Below are positions 9,550-23,200 of a stretch of 64,000 bases of DNA, piece by piece. The number at the start of each line of letters is the position of its first letter. Within the stretch, counting starts at the first letter, position 1. Source of the DNA: Eledone cirrhosa (Eukaryota); the NCBI GenBank assembly GCA_964016885.1, contig OZ024743.1:211730001-211794000 (forward strand). Reading direction: 5' to 3'. The notes beneath the pieces were generated by a model. It was not told the DNA's origin, did no database searches, and worked only from the letters and a program-made list of their open reading frames with translations. Both the position numbers and the translations under genes were made by a program.

Positions 9550-12500
9550 GACCACGGACGGCCGGCCCGCGATTGAAAAGGTAACTCCGCCGGCAAATCG
9601 TCATTTTTGTGATCCGTTTTCTTCGAAGCACACCATTCGCCGGCGGACTTCAGCTGCCTCATTTAGCATGGGCAGTTTTTCTTGAAGATCACACCACACA
9701 CAGCCAATGAGTGTCTGCACATGTACCAGTAATTAGAGATCGATCCGACCACGGGCGGCCGGCCCACGATCGAGAAAAAGGTAACTCCGCCGGCAAATCG
9801 TCATTTTTGTGATCCGTTTTCTTCGAAGCACACCATTCGCCGCCGGACTTCAGCTGCCTCATTTAGCATGGGCAGTTTTTTTTGAAAATCACACCACACA
9901 CAACCAATGTGTGTCTAAACATGTACCAGTAATTACAGATCGATCCGACCACGGGCGGCCGGCCCGCGATTGAAAAGGTAACTCCGCCGGCAAATCGTCA
10001 TTTTTGTGATTCGTTTTCTTCGAAGCACACCATTCGCCGCCGGACTTCAGCTGCCTCATTTAGCATGGGCAGTTTTTTTTGAAAATCACACCACACACAA
10101 CCAATGTGTGTCTGCACATGTACCAGTAATTACAGATCGATCCCACCACGAGTTCAATGTAAACAAACTTACGCTCAACGACTTTGTTGACGTTTAACAC
10201 GGTTTGGTTCCACAGCCACAACTATTGATTTTACGGAGATATCTTGCTGAAATTCACGCCACACATAGCCAATGAGTGTCTGCACATGTACCAGTAATTA
10301 CAGATCGATCCGACCAGGGGCGGCCGGCCCGCGATTGAAAAGGTAACTCCGCCGGCAAATCGTCATTTTCGGATTCGTTTTCTTCGAAGCACACCATTCG
10401 CCGGCGGACTTCAGCTGCCTCATTTAGCATGGGCAGTTTTTCTTGAAGATCACACCACACACAGCCAATGAGTGTCTGCACATGTACCAGTAATTACAGA
10501 TGGATCCCACCACGGGCGGCCGGCCCACAATCGAAAAGGTTACTCCGCCTGCAAATCGTCATTTTCGGATTCGTTTTCTTCGAAGCACACCATTCGCCGG
10601 CGGACTTCAGCTGCCTCATTTAGCATGGGCAGTTTTTCTTGAAGATCACACCACACACAGCCAATGAGTGTCTGCACATGTACCAGTAATTAGAGATCGA
10701 TCCGACCACGGGCGGCCGGCCCACGATCGAGAAAAAGGTAACTCCGCCGGCAAATCGTCATTTTTGTGATCCGTTTTCTTCGAAGCACACCATTCGCCGC
10801 CGGACTTCAGCTGCCTCATTTAGGATGGGCAGTTTTTTTTGAAAATCACACCACACACAACCAATGTGTGTCTGCACATGTACCAGTAATTACAGATCGA
10901 TCCCACCACGAGTTCAATGTAAACTAACTTACGCTCAACGACTTTGTTGACGTTTAACACGGTTTGGTTCCACAGCCACAACTATTGATTTTAAGGAGAT
11001 ATCTTGCTGAAATTCACGCCACACATAGCCAATGAGTGTCTGCACATGTACCAGTAATTACAGATCGATGCGACCAGGGGCGGCCGGCCCGCGATTGAAA
11101 AGGTAACTCCGCCGGCAAATCGTCATTTTTGGATTCGTTTTCTTCGAAGCACACCATTCGCCGGCGGACTTTGTTGACGTTTAACACGGTTTGGTTCCAC
11201 AGCCACAACTATTGATTTTAAGGAGATATCTTGCTGAAATTCACGCCACACATAGCCAATGAGTGTCTGCACATTTACCAGTAATTACAGATCGATCCGA
11301 CCACGGGCGGCCGGCCCGCGATTGAAAAGGTAACTCCGCCGGCAAATCGTCATTTTTGTGATCCGTTTTCTTCGAAGCACACCATTCGCCGCCGGACTTC
11401 AGCTGCCTCATTTAGCATGGGCAGTTTTTTTTGAAAATCACACCACACACAACCAATGTGTGTCTGCACATGTACCAGTAATTACAGATCGATCCCACCA
11501 CGGGCGGCCGGCCCACAATCGAAAAGGTTACTCCGCCTGCAAATCGTCATTTTCGGATTCGTTTTCTTCGAAGCACACCATTCGCCGGCGGACTTCAGCT
11601 GCCTCATTTAGCATGGGCAGTTTTTCTTGAAGATCACACCACACACAGCCAATGAGTGTCTGCACATGTACCAGTAATTAGAGATCGATCCGACCACGGG
11701 CGGCCGGCCCACGATCGAGAAAAAGGTAACTCCGCCGGCAAATCGTCATTTTTGTGATCCGTTTTCTTCGAAGCACACCATTCGCCGCCGGACTTCAGCT
11801 GCCTCATTTAGCATGGGCAGTTTTTTTTGAAAATCACACCACACACAACCAATGTGTGTCTAAACATGTACCAGTAATTACAGATCGATCCGACCACGGG
11901 CGGCCGGCCCGCGATTGAAAAGGTAACTCCGCCGGCAAATCGTCATTTTTGTGATTCGTTTTCTTCGAAGCACACCATTCGCCGCCGGACTTCAGCTGCC
12001 TCATTTAGCATGGGCAGTTTTTTTTGAAAATCACACCACACACAACCAATGTGTGTCTGCACATGTACCAGTAATTACAGATCGATCCCACCACGAGTTC
12101 AATGTAAACAAACTTACGCTCAACGACTTTGTTGACGTTTAACACGGTTTGGTTCCACAGCCACAACTATTGATTTTACGGAGATATCTTGCTGAAATTC
12201 ACGCCACACATAGCCAATGAGTGTCTGCACATGTACCAGTAATTACAGATCGATCCGACCAGGGGCGGCCGGCCCGCGATTGAAAAGGTAACTCCGCCGG
12301 CAAATCGTCATTTTCGGATTCGTTTTCTTCGAAGCACACCATTCGCCGGCGGACTTCAGCTGCCTCATTTAGCATGGGCAGTTTTTCTTGAAGATCACAC
12401 CACACACAGCCAATGAGTGTCTGCACATGTACCAGTAATTACAGATGGATCCCACCACGGGCGGCTGGCCCACAATCGAAAAGGTTACTCCGCCTGCAAA

Positions 12501-14372
12501 TCGTCATTTTCGGATTCGTTTTCTTCGAAGCACACCATTCGCCGGCGGACTTCAGCTGCCTCATTTAGCATGGGCAGTTTTTCTTGAAGATCACACCACA
12601 CACAGCCAATGAGTGTCTGCACATGTACCAGTAATTAGAGATCGATCCGACCACGGGCGGCCGGCCCGCGATTGAAAAGGTAACTCCGCCGGCAAATCGT
12701 CATTTTTGTGATTCGTTTTCTTCGAAGCACACCATTCGCCGCCGGACTTCAGCTGCCTCATTTAGCATGGGCAGTTTTTTTTGAAAATCACACCACACAC
12801 AACCAATGTGTGTCTGCACATGTACCAGTAATTACAGATCGATCCCACCACGAGTTCAATGTAAACTAACTTACGCTCAACGACTTTGTTGACGTTTAAC
12901 ACGGTTTGGTTCCACAGCCACAACTATTGATTTTAAGGAGATATCTTGCTGAAATTCACGCCACACATAGCCAATGAGTGTCTGCACATGTACCAGTAAT
13001 TACAGATCGATGCGACCAGGGGCGGCCGGCCCGCGATTGAAAAGGTAACTCCGCCGGCAAATCGTCATTTTTGGATTCGTTTTCTTCGAAGCACACCATT
13101 CGCCGGCGGACTTTGTTGACGTTTAACACGGTTTGGTTCCACAGCCACAACTATTGATTTTAAGGAGATATCTTGCTGAAATTCACGCCACACATAGCCA
13201 ATGAGTGTCTGCACATTTACCAGTAATTACAGATCGATCCGACCACGGGCGGCCGGCCCGCGATTGAAAAGGTAACTCCGCCGGCAAATCGTCATTTTTG
13301 TGATCCGTTTTCTTCGAAGCACACCATTCGCCGCCGGACTTCAGCTGCCTCATTTAGCATGGGCAGTTTTTTTTGAAAATCACACCACACACAAGCAATG
13401 TGTGTCTGCACATGTACCAGTAATTACAGATCGATCCCACCACGGGCGGCCGGCCCACAATCGAAAAGGTTACTCCGCCTGCAAATCGTCATTTTCGGAT
13501 TCGTTTTCTTCGAAGCACACCATTCGCCGGCGGACTTCAGCTGCCTCATTTAGCATGGGCAGTTTTTCTTGAAGATCACACCACACACAGCCAATGAGTG
13601 TCTGCACATGTACCAGTAATTAGAGATCGATCCGACCACGGGCGGCCGGCCCACGATCGAGAAAAAGGTAACTCCGCCGGCAAATCGTCATTTTTGTGAT
13701 CCGTTTTCTTCGAAGCACACCATTCGCCGCCGGACTTCAGCTGCCTCATTTAGCATGGGCAGTTTTTTTTGAAAATCACACCACACACAACCAATGTGTG
13801 TCTAAACATGTACCAGTAATTACAGATCGATCCGACCACGGGCGGCCGGCCCGCGATTGAAAAGGTAACTCCGCCGGCAAATCGTCATTTTTGTGATTCG
13901 TTTTCTTCGAAGCACACCATTCGCCGCCGGACTTCAGCTGCCTCATTTAGCATGGGCAGTTTTTTTTTAAAATCACACCACACACAACCAATGTGTGTCT
14001 GCACATGTACCAGTAATTACAGATCGATCCCACCACGAGTTCAATGTAAACAAACTTACGCTCAACGACTTTGTTGACGTTTAACACGGTTTGGTTCCAC
14101 AGCCACAACTATTGATTTTACGGAGATATCTTGCTGAAATTCACGCCACACATAGCCAATGAGTGTCTGCACATGTACCAGTAATTACAGATCGATCCGA
14201 CCAGGGGCGGCCGGCCCGCGATTGAAAAGGTAACTCCGCCGGCAAATCGTCATTTTTGTGATTCGTTTTCTTCGAAGCACACCATTCGCCGGCGGACTTT
14301 GTTGACGTTTAACACGGTTTGGTTCCACAGCCACAACTATTGATTTTAAGGAGATATCTTGCTGAAATTCAC

Positions 14373-17300
14373 GCCACACATAGCCAATGAGTGTCTGCAC
14401 ATGTACCAGTAATTACAGATGGATCCCACCACGGGCGGCCGGCCCACAATCGAAAAGGTTACTCCGCCTGCAAATCGTCATTTTCGGATTCGTTTTCTTC
14501 GAAGCACACCATTCGCCGGCGGACTTCAGCTGCCTCATTTAGCATGGGCAGTTTTTCTTGAAGATCACACCACACACAGCCAATGAGTGTCTGCACATGT
14601 ACCAGTAATTAGAGATCGATCCGACCACGGGCGGCCGGCCCACGATCGAGAAAAAGGTAACTCCGCCGGCAAATCGTCATTTTTGTGATCCGTTTTCTTC
14701 GAAGCACACCATTCGCCGCCGGACTTCAGCTGCCTCATTTAGGATGGGCAGTTTTTTTTGAAAATCACACCACACACAACCAATGTGTGTCTGCACATGT
14801 ACCAGTAATTACAGATCGATCCGACCACGGGCGGCCGGCCCGCGATTGAAAAGGTAACTCCGCCGGCAAATCGTCATTTTTGTGATTCGTTTTCTTCGAA
14901 GCACACCATTCGCCGCCGGACTTCAGCTGCCTCATTTAGCATCGGCAGTTTTTTTTGAAAATCACACCACACACAACCAATGTGTGTCTGCACATGTACC
15001 AGTAATTACAGATCGATCCCACCACGAGTTCAATGTAAACAAACTTACGCTCAACGACTTTGTTGACGTTTAACACGGTTTGGTTCCACAGCCACAACTA
15101 TTGATTTTAAGGAGATATCTTGCTGAAATTCACGCCACACATAGCCAATGAGTGTCTGCACTTGTACCAGTAATTACAGATCGATGCGACCAGGGGCGGC
15201 CGGCCCGCGATTGAAAAGGTAACTCCGCCGGCAAATCGTCATTTTTGGATTCGTTTTCTTCGAAGCACACCATTCGCCGGCGGACTTTGTTGACGTTTAA
15301 CACGGTTTGGTTCCACAGCCACAACTATTGATTTTAAGGAGATATCTTGCTGAAATTCACGCCACACATAGCCAATGAGTGTCTGCACATTTACCAGTAA
15401 TTACAGATCGATCCGACCACGGGCGGCCGGCCCGCGATTGAAAAGGTAACTCCGCCGGCAAATCGTCATTTTTGTGATCCGTTTTCTTCGAAGCACACCA
15501 TTCGCCGCCGGACTTCAGCTGCCTCATTTAGCATGGGCAGTGTTTTTTGAAAATCACACCACACACAACCAATGTGTGTCTGCACATGTACCAGTAATTA
15601 CAGATCGATCCCACCACGGGCGGCCGGCCCACAATCGAAAAGGTTACTCCGCCTGCAAATCGTCATTTTCGGATTCGTTTTCTTCGAAGCACACCATTCG
15701 CCGGCGGACTTCAGCTGCCTCATTTAGCATGGGCAGTTTTTCTTGAAGATCACACCACACACAGCCAATGAGTGTCTGCACATGTACCAGTAATTAGAGA
15801 TCGATCCGACCACGGGCGGCCGGCCCACGATCGAGAAAAAGGTAACTCCGCCGGCAAATCGTCATTTTTGTGATCCGTTTTCTTCGAAGCACACCATTCG
15901 CCGCCGGACTTCAGCTGCCTCATTTAGCATGGGCAGTTTTTTTTGAAAATCACACCACACACAACCAATGTGTGTCTAAACATGTACCAGTAATTACAGA
16001 TCGATCCGACCACGGGCGGCCGGCCCGCGATTGAAAAGGTAACTCCGCCGGCAAATCGTCATTTTTGTGATTCGTTTTCTTCGAAGCACACCATTCGCCG
16101 CCGGACTTCAGCTGCCTCATTTAGCATGGGCAGTTTTTTTTGAAAATCACACCACACACAACCAATGTGTGTCTGCACATGTACCAGTAATTACAGATCG
16201 ATCCCACCACGAGTTCAATGTAAACAAACTTACGCTCAACGACTTTGTTGACGTTTAACACGGTTTGGTTCCACAGCCACAACTATTGATTTTACGGAGA
16301 TATCTTGCTGAAATTCACGCCACACATAGCCAATGAGTGTCTGCACATGTACCAGTAATTACAGATCGATCCGACCAGGGGCGGCCGGCCCGCGATTGAA
16401 AAGGTAACTCCGCCGGCAAATCGTCATTTTTGTGATTCGTTTTCTTCGAAGCACACCATTCGCCGGCGGACTTTGTTGACGTTTAACACGGTTTGGTTCC
16501 ACAGCCACAACTATTGATTTTAAGGAGATATCTTGCTGAAATTCACGCCACACATAGCCAATGAGTGTCTGCACATGTACCAGTAATTACAGATGGATCC
16601 CACCACGGGCGGCCGGCCCACAATCGAAAAGGTTACTCCGCCTGCAAATCGTCATTTTCGGATTCGTTTTCTTCGAAGCACACCATTCGCCGGCGGACTT
16701 CAGCTGCCTCATTTAGCATGGGCAGTTTTTCTTGAAGATCACACCACACACAGCCAATGAGTGTCTGCACATGTACCAGTAATTAGAGATCGATCCGACC
16801 ACGGGCGGCCGGCCCACGATCGAGAAAAAGGTAACTCCGCCGGCAAATCGTCATTTTTGTGATCCGTTTTCTTCGAAGCACACCATTCGCCGCCGGACTT
16901 CAGCTGCCTCATTTAGGATGGGCAGTTTTTTTTGAAAATCACACCACACACAACCAATGTGTGTCTGCACATGTACCAGTAATTACAGATCGATCCGACC
17001 ACGGGCGGCCGGCCCGCGATTGAAAAGGTAACTCCGCCGGCAAATCGTCATTTTTGTGATTCGTTTTCTTCGAAGCACACCATTCGCCGCCGGACTTCAG
17101 CTGCCTCATTTAGCATGGGCAGTTTTTTTTGAAAATCACACCACACACAACCAATGTGTGTCTGCACATGTACCAGTAATTACAGATCGATCCCACCACG
17201 AGTTCAATGTAAACTAACTTACGCTCAACGACTTTGTTGACGTTTAACACGGTTTGGTTCCACAGCCACAACTATTGATTTTAAGGAGATATCTTGCTGA

Positions 17301-20241
17301 AATTCAGGCCACACATAGCCAATGAGTGTCTGCACATGTACCAGTAATTACAGATGGATCCCACCACGGGCGGCCGGCCCACAATCGAAAAGGTTACTCC
17401 GCCTGCAAATCGTCATTTTCGGATTCGTTTTCTTCGAAGCACACCATTCGCCGGCGGACTTCAGCTGCCTCATTTAGCATGGGCAGTTTTTCTTGAAGAT
17501 CACACCACACACAGCCAATGAGTGTCTGCACATGTACCAGTAATTAGAGATCGATCCGACCACGGGCGGCCGGCCCACGATCGAGAAAAAGGTAACTCCG
17601 CCGGCAAATCGTCATTTTTGTGATCCGTTTTCTTCGAAGCACACCATTCGCCGCCGGACTTCAGCTGCCTCATTTAGGATGGGCAGTTTTTTTTGAAAAT
17701 CACACCACACACAACCAATGTGTGTCTGCACATGTACCAGTAATTACAGATCGATCCGACCACGGGCGGCCGGCCCGCGATTGAAAAGGTAACTCCGCCG
17801 GCAAATCGTCATTTTTGTGATTCGTTTTCTTCGAAGCACACCATTCGCCGCCGGACTTCAGCTGCCTCATTTAGCATCGGCAGTTTTTTTTGAAAATCAC
17901 ACCACACACAACCAATGTGTGTCTGCACATGTACCAGTAATTACAGATCGATCCCACCACGAGTTCAATGTAAACAAACTTACGCTCAACGACTTTGTTG
18001 ACGTTTAACACGGTTTGGTTCCACAGCCACAACTATTGATTTTAAGGAGATATCTTGCTGAAATTCACGTCACACATAGCCAATGAGTGTCTGCACATGT
18101 ACCAGTAATTACAGATCGATGCGACCAGGGGCGGCCGGCCCGCGATTGAAAAGGTAACTCCGCCGGCAAATCGTCATTTTTGGATTCGTTTTCTTCGAAG
18201 CACACCATTCGCCGGCGGACTTTGTTGACGTTTAACACGGTTTGGTTCCACAGCCACAACTATTGATTTTAAGGAGATATCTTGCTGAAATTCACGCCAC
18301 ACATAGCCAATGAGTGTCTGCACATTTACCAGTAATTACAGATCGATCCGACCACGGGCGGCCGGCCCGCGATTGAAAAGGTAACTCCGCCGGCAAATCG
18401 TCATTTTTGTGATCCGTTTTCTTCGAAGCACACCATTCGCCGCCGGACTTCAGCTGCCTCATTTAGCATGGGCAGTTTTTTTTGAAAATCACACCACACA
18501 CAACCAATGTGTGTCTGCACATGTACCAGTAATTACAGATCGATCCCACCACGGGCGGCCGGCCCACAATCGAAAAGGTTACTCCGCCTGCAAATCGTCA
18601 TTTTCGGATTCGTTTTCTTCGAAGCACACCATTCGCCGGCGGACGTCAGCTGCCTCATTTAGCATGGGCAGTTTTTCTTGAAGATCACACCACACACAGC
18701 CAATGAGTGTCTGCACATGTACCAGTAATTAGAGATCGATCCGACCACGGGCGGCCGGCCCACGATCGAGAAAAAGGTAACTCCGCCGGCAAATCGTCAT
18801 TTTTGTGATCCGTTTTCTTCGAAGCACACCATTCGCCGCCGGACTTCAGCTGCCTCATTTAGCATGGGCAGTTTTTTTTGAAAATCACACCACACACAAC
18901 CAATGTGTGTCTAAACATGTACCAGTAATTACAGATCGATCCGACCACGGGCGGCCGGCCCGCGATTGAAAAGGTAACTCCGCCGGCAAATCGTCATTTT
19001 TGTGATTCGTTTTCTTCGAAGCACACCATTCGCCGCCGGACTTCAGCTGCCTCATTTAGCATGGGCAGTTTTTTTTGAAAATCACACCACACACAACCAA
19101 TGTGTGTCTGCACATGTACCAGTAATTACAGATCGATCCCACCACGAGTTCAATGTAAACAAACTTACGCTCAACGACTTTGTTGACGTTTAACACGGTT
19201 TGGTTCCACAGCCACAACTATTGATTTTACGGAGATATCTTGCTGAAATTCACGCCACACATAGCCAATGAGTGTCTGCACATGTACCAGTAATTACAGA
19301 TCGATCCGACCAGGGGCGGCCGGCCCGCGATTGAAAAGGTAACTCCGCCGGCAAATCGTCATTTTTGTGATTCGTTTTCTTCGAAGCACACCATTCGCCG
19401 GCGGACTTTGTTGACGTTTAACACGGTTTGGTTCCACAGCCACAACTATTGATTTTAAGGAGATATCTTGCTGAAATTCACGCCACACATAGCCAATGAG
19501 TGTCTGCACATGTACCAGTAATTACAGATGGATCCCACCACGGGCGGCCGGCCCACAATCGAAAAGGTTACTCCGCCTGCAAATCGTCATTTTCGGATTC
19601 GTTTTCTTCGAAGCACACCATTCGCCGGCGGACTTCAGCTGCCTCATTTAGCATGGGCAGTTTTTCTTGAAGATCACACCACACACAGCCAATGAGTGTC
19701 TGCACATGTACCAGTAATTAGAGATCGATCCGGCCACGGGCGGCCGGCCCACGATCGAGAAAAAGGTAACTCCGCCGGCAAATCGTCATTTTTGTGATCC
19801 GTTTTCTTCGAAGCACACCATTCGCCGCCGGACTTCAGCTGCCTCATTTAGGATGGGCAGTTTTTTTTGAAAATCACACCACACACAACCAATGTGTGTC
19901 TGCACATGTACCAGTAATTACAGATCGATCCGACCACGGGCGGCCGGCCCGCGATTGAAAAGGTAACTCCGCCGGCAAATCGTCATTTTTGTGATTCGTT
20001 TTCTTCGAAGCACACCATTCGCCGCCGGACTTCAGCTGCCTCATTTAGCATGGGCAGTTTTTTTTGAAAATCACACCACACACAACCAATGTGTGTCTGC
20101 ACATGTACCAGTAATTACAGATCGATCCCACCACGAGTTCAATGTAAACTAACTTACGCTCAACGACTTTGTTGACGTTTAACACGGTTTGGTTCCACAG
20201 CCACAACTATTGATTTTAAGGAGATATCTTGCTGAAATTCA
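14373..20241 (+). repeat. 2935-bp tandem duplication (2 copies)
   Basis: ORF offsets 14882/17817, 15130/18065, 15474/18409, 16067/19002 and 16359/19294 are all 2935. The copies differ by several SNPs (15162, 15542, 18070, 18645, 19733). Confidence 0.88.
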
Positions 20242-23200
20242 CGCCACACATAGCCAATGAGTGTCTGCACATTTACCAGTAATTACAGATCGATCCGACC
20301 ACGGGCGGCCGGCCCGCGATTGAAAAGGTAACTCCGCCGGCAAATCGTCATTTTTGTGATCCGTTTTCTTCGAAGCACACCATTCGCCGCCGGACTTCAG
20401 CTGCCTCATTTAGCATGGGCATTTTTTTTTGAAAATCACACCACACACAACCAATGTGTGTCTGCACATGTACCAGTAATTACAGATCGATCCCACCACG
20501 GGCGGCCGGCCCACAATCGAAAAGGTTACTCCGCCTGCAAATCGTCATTTTCGGATTCGTTTTCTTCGAAGCACACCATTCGCCGGCGGACTTCAGCTGC
20601 CTCATTTAGCATGGGCAGTTTTTCTTGAAGATCACACCACACACAGCCAATGAGTGTCTGCACATGTACCAGTAATTAGAGATCGATCCGACCACGGGCG
20701 GCCGGCCCACGATCGAGAAAAAGGTAACTCCGCCGGCAAATCGTCATTTTTGTGATCCGTTTTCTTCGAAGCACACCATTCGCCGCCGGACTTCAGCTGC
20801 CTCATTTAGCATGGGCAGTTTTTTTTGAAAATCACACCACACACAACCAATGTGTGTCTGCACATGTACCAGTAATTACAGATCGATCCGACCACGGGCG
20901 GCCGGCCCGCGATTGAAAAGGTAACTCCGCCGGCAAATCGTCATTTTTGTGATTCGTTTTCTTCGAAGCACACCATTCGCCGCCGGACTTCAGCTGCCTC
21001 ATTTAGCATGGGCAGTTTTTTTTGAAAATCACACCACACACAACCAATGTGTGTCTGCACATGTACCAGTAATTACAGATCGATCCCACCACGAGTTCAA
21101 TGTAAACTAACTTACGCTCAACGACTTTGTTGACGTTTAACACGGTTTGGTTCCACAGCCACAACTATTGATTTTAAGGAGATATCTTGCTGAAATTCAC
21201 GCCACACATAGCCAATGAGTGTCTGCACATGTACCAGTAATTACAGATCGATGCGACCAGGGGCGGCCGGCCCGCGATTGAAAAGGTAACTCCGCCGGCA
21301 AATCGTCATTTTTGGATTCGTTTTCTTCGAAGCACACCATTCGCCGGCGGACTTTGTTGACGTTTAACACGGTTTGGTTCCACAGCCACAACTATTGATT
21401 TTAAGGAGATATCTTGCTGAAATTCACGCCACACATAGCCAATGAGTGTCTGCACATTTACCAGTAATTACAGATCGATCCGACCACGGGCGGCCGGCCC
21501 GCGATTGAAAAGGTAACTCCGCCGGCAAATCGTCATTTTTGTGATCCGTTTTCTTCGAAGCACACCATTCGCCGCCGGACTTCAGCTGCCTCATTTAGCA
21601 TGGGCAGTTTTTTTTGAAAATCACACCACACACAACCAATGTGTGTCTGCACATGTACCAGTAATTACAGATCGATCCCACCACGGGCGGCCGGCCCACA
21701 ATCGAAAAGGTTACTCCGCCTGCAAATCGTCATTTTCGGATTCGTTTTCTTCGAAGCACACCATTCGCCGGCGGACTTCAGCTGCCTCATTTAGCATGGG
21801 CAGTTTTTCTTGAAGATCACACCACACACAGCCAATGAGTGTCTGCACATGTACCAGTAATTAGAGATCGATCCGACCACGGGCGGCCGGCCCACGATCG
21901 AGAAAAAGGTAACTCCGCCGGCAAATCGTCATTTTTGTGATCCGTTTTCTTCGAAGCACACCATTCGCTGCCGGACTTCAGCTGCCTCATTTAGCATGGG
22001 CAGTTTTTTTTGAAAATCACACCACACACAACCAATGTGTGTCTGCACATGTACCAGTAATTACAGATCGATCCGACCAGGGGCGGCCAGCCCGCGATTG
22101 AAAAGGTAACTCCGCCGGCAAATCGTCATTTTTGTGATTCGTTTTCTTCGAAGCACACCATTCGCCGGCGGACTTTGTTGACGTTTAACACGGTTTGGTT
22201 CCACAGCCACAACTATTGATTTTAAGGAGATATCTTGCTGAAATTCACGCCACACATAGCCAATGAGTGTCTGCACATGTACCAGTAATTACAGATGGAT
22301 CCCACCACGGGCGGCCGGCCCGCGATTGAAAAGGTTACTCCGCCTGCAAATCGTCATTTTCGGATTCGTTTTCTTCGAAGCACACCATTCGCCGGCGGAC
22401 TTCAGCTGCCTCATTTAGCATGAGCAGTTTTTCTTGAAGATCACACCACACACAGCCAATGAGTGTCTGCACATGTACCAGTAATTACAGATGGATCCCA
22501 CCACGGGCGGCCGGCCCACAATCGAAAAGGTAACTCCGCCGGCAAATCGTCATTTTCGGATTCGTTTTCTTCGAAGCACACCATTCGCCGGCGGACTTCA
22601 GCTGCCTCATTTAGCATGGGCAGTTTTTCTTGAAGATCACACCACACACAGCCAATGAGTGTCTGCACATGTACCAGTAATTAGAGATCGATCCGACCAC
22701 GGGCGGCCGGCCCACGATCGAGAAAAAGGTAACTCCGCCGGCAAATCGTCATTTTTGTGATCCGTTTTCTTCGAAGCACACCATTCGCCGCCGGACTTCA
22801 GCTGCCTCATTTAGGATGGGCAGTTTTTTTTGAAAATCACACCACACACAACCAATGTGTGTCTGCACATGTACCAGTAATTACAGATCGATCCGACCAC
22901 GGGCGGCCGGCCCGCGATTGAAAAGGTAACTCCGCCGGCAAATCGTCATTTTTGTGATTCGTTTTCTTCGAAGCACACCATTCGCCGCCGGACTTCAGCT
23001 GCCTCATTTAGCATGGGCAGTTTTTTTTGAAAATCACACCACACACAACCAATGTGTGTCTGCACATGTACCAGTAATTACAGATCGATCCCACCACGAG
23101 TTCAATGTAAACTAACTTACGCTCAACGACTTTGTTGACGTTTAACACGGTTTGGTTCCACAGCCACAACTATTGATTTTAAGGAGATATCTTGCTGAAA

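Larger units (their letters stand above)
1..20859 (+). repeat. Copy 1 of a >20-kb intra-array segmental duplication (copy 2 at 28328-52116)
   Basis: ORF order is the same, with offsets of 28327, then 29315, then 31257. Shared private SNPs include 13395/42710, 17307/48564 and 18645/49902. Confidence 0.93.
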
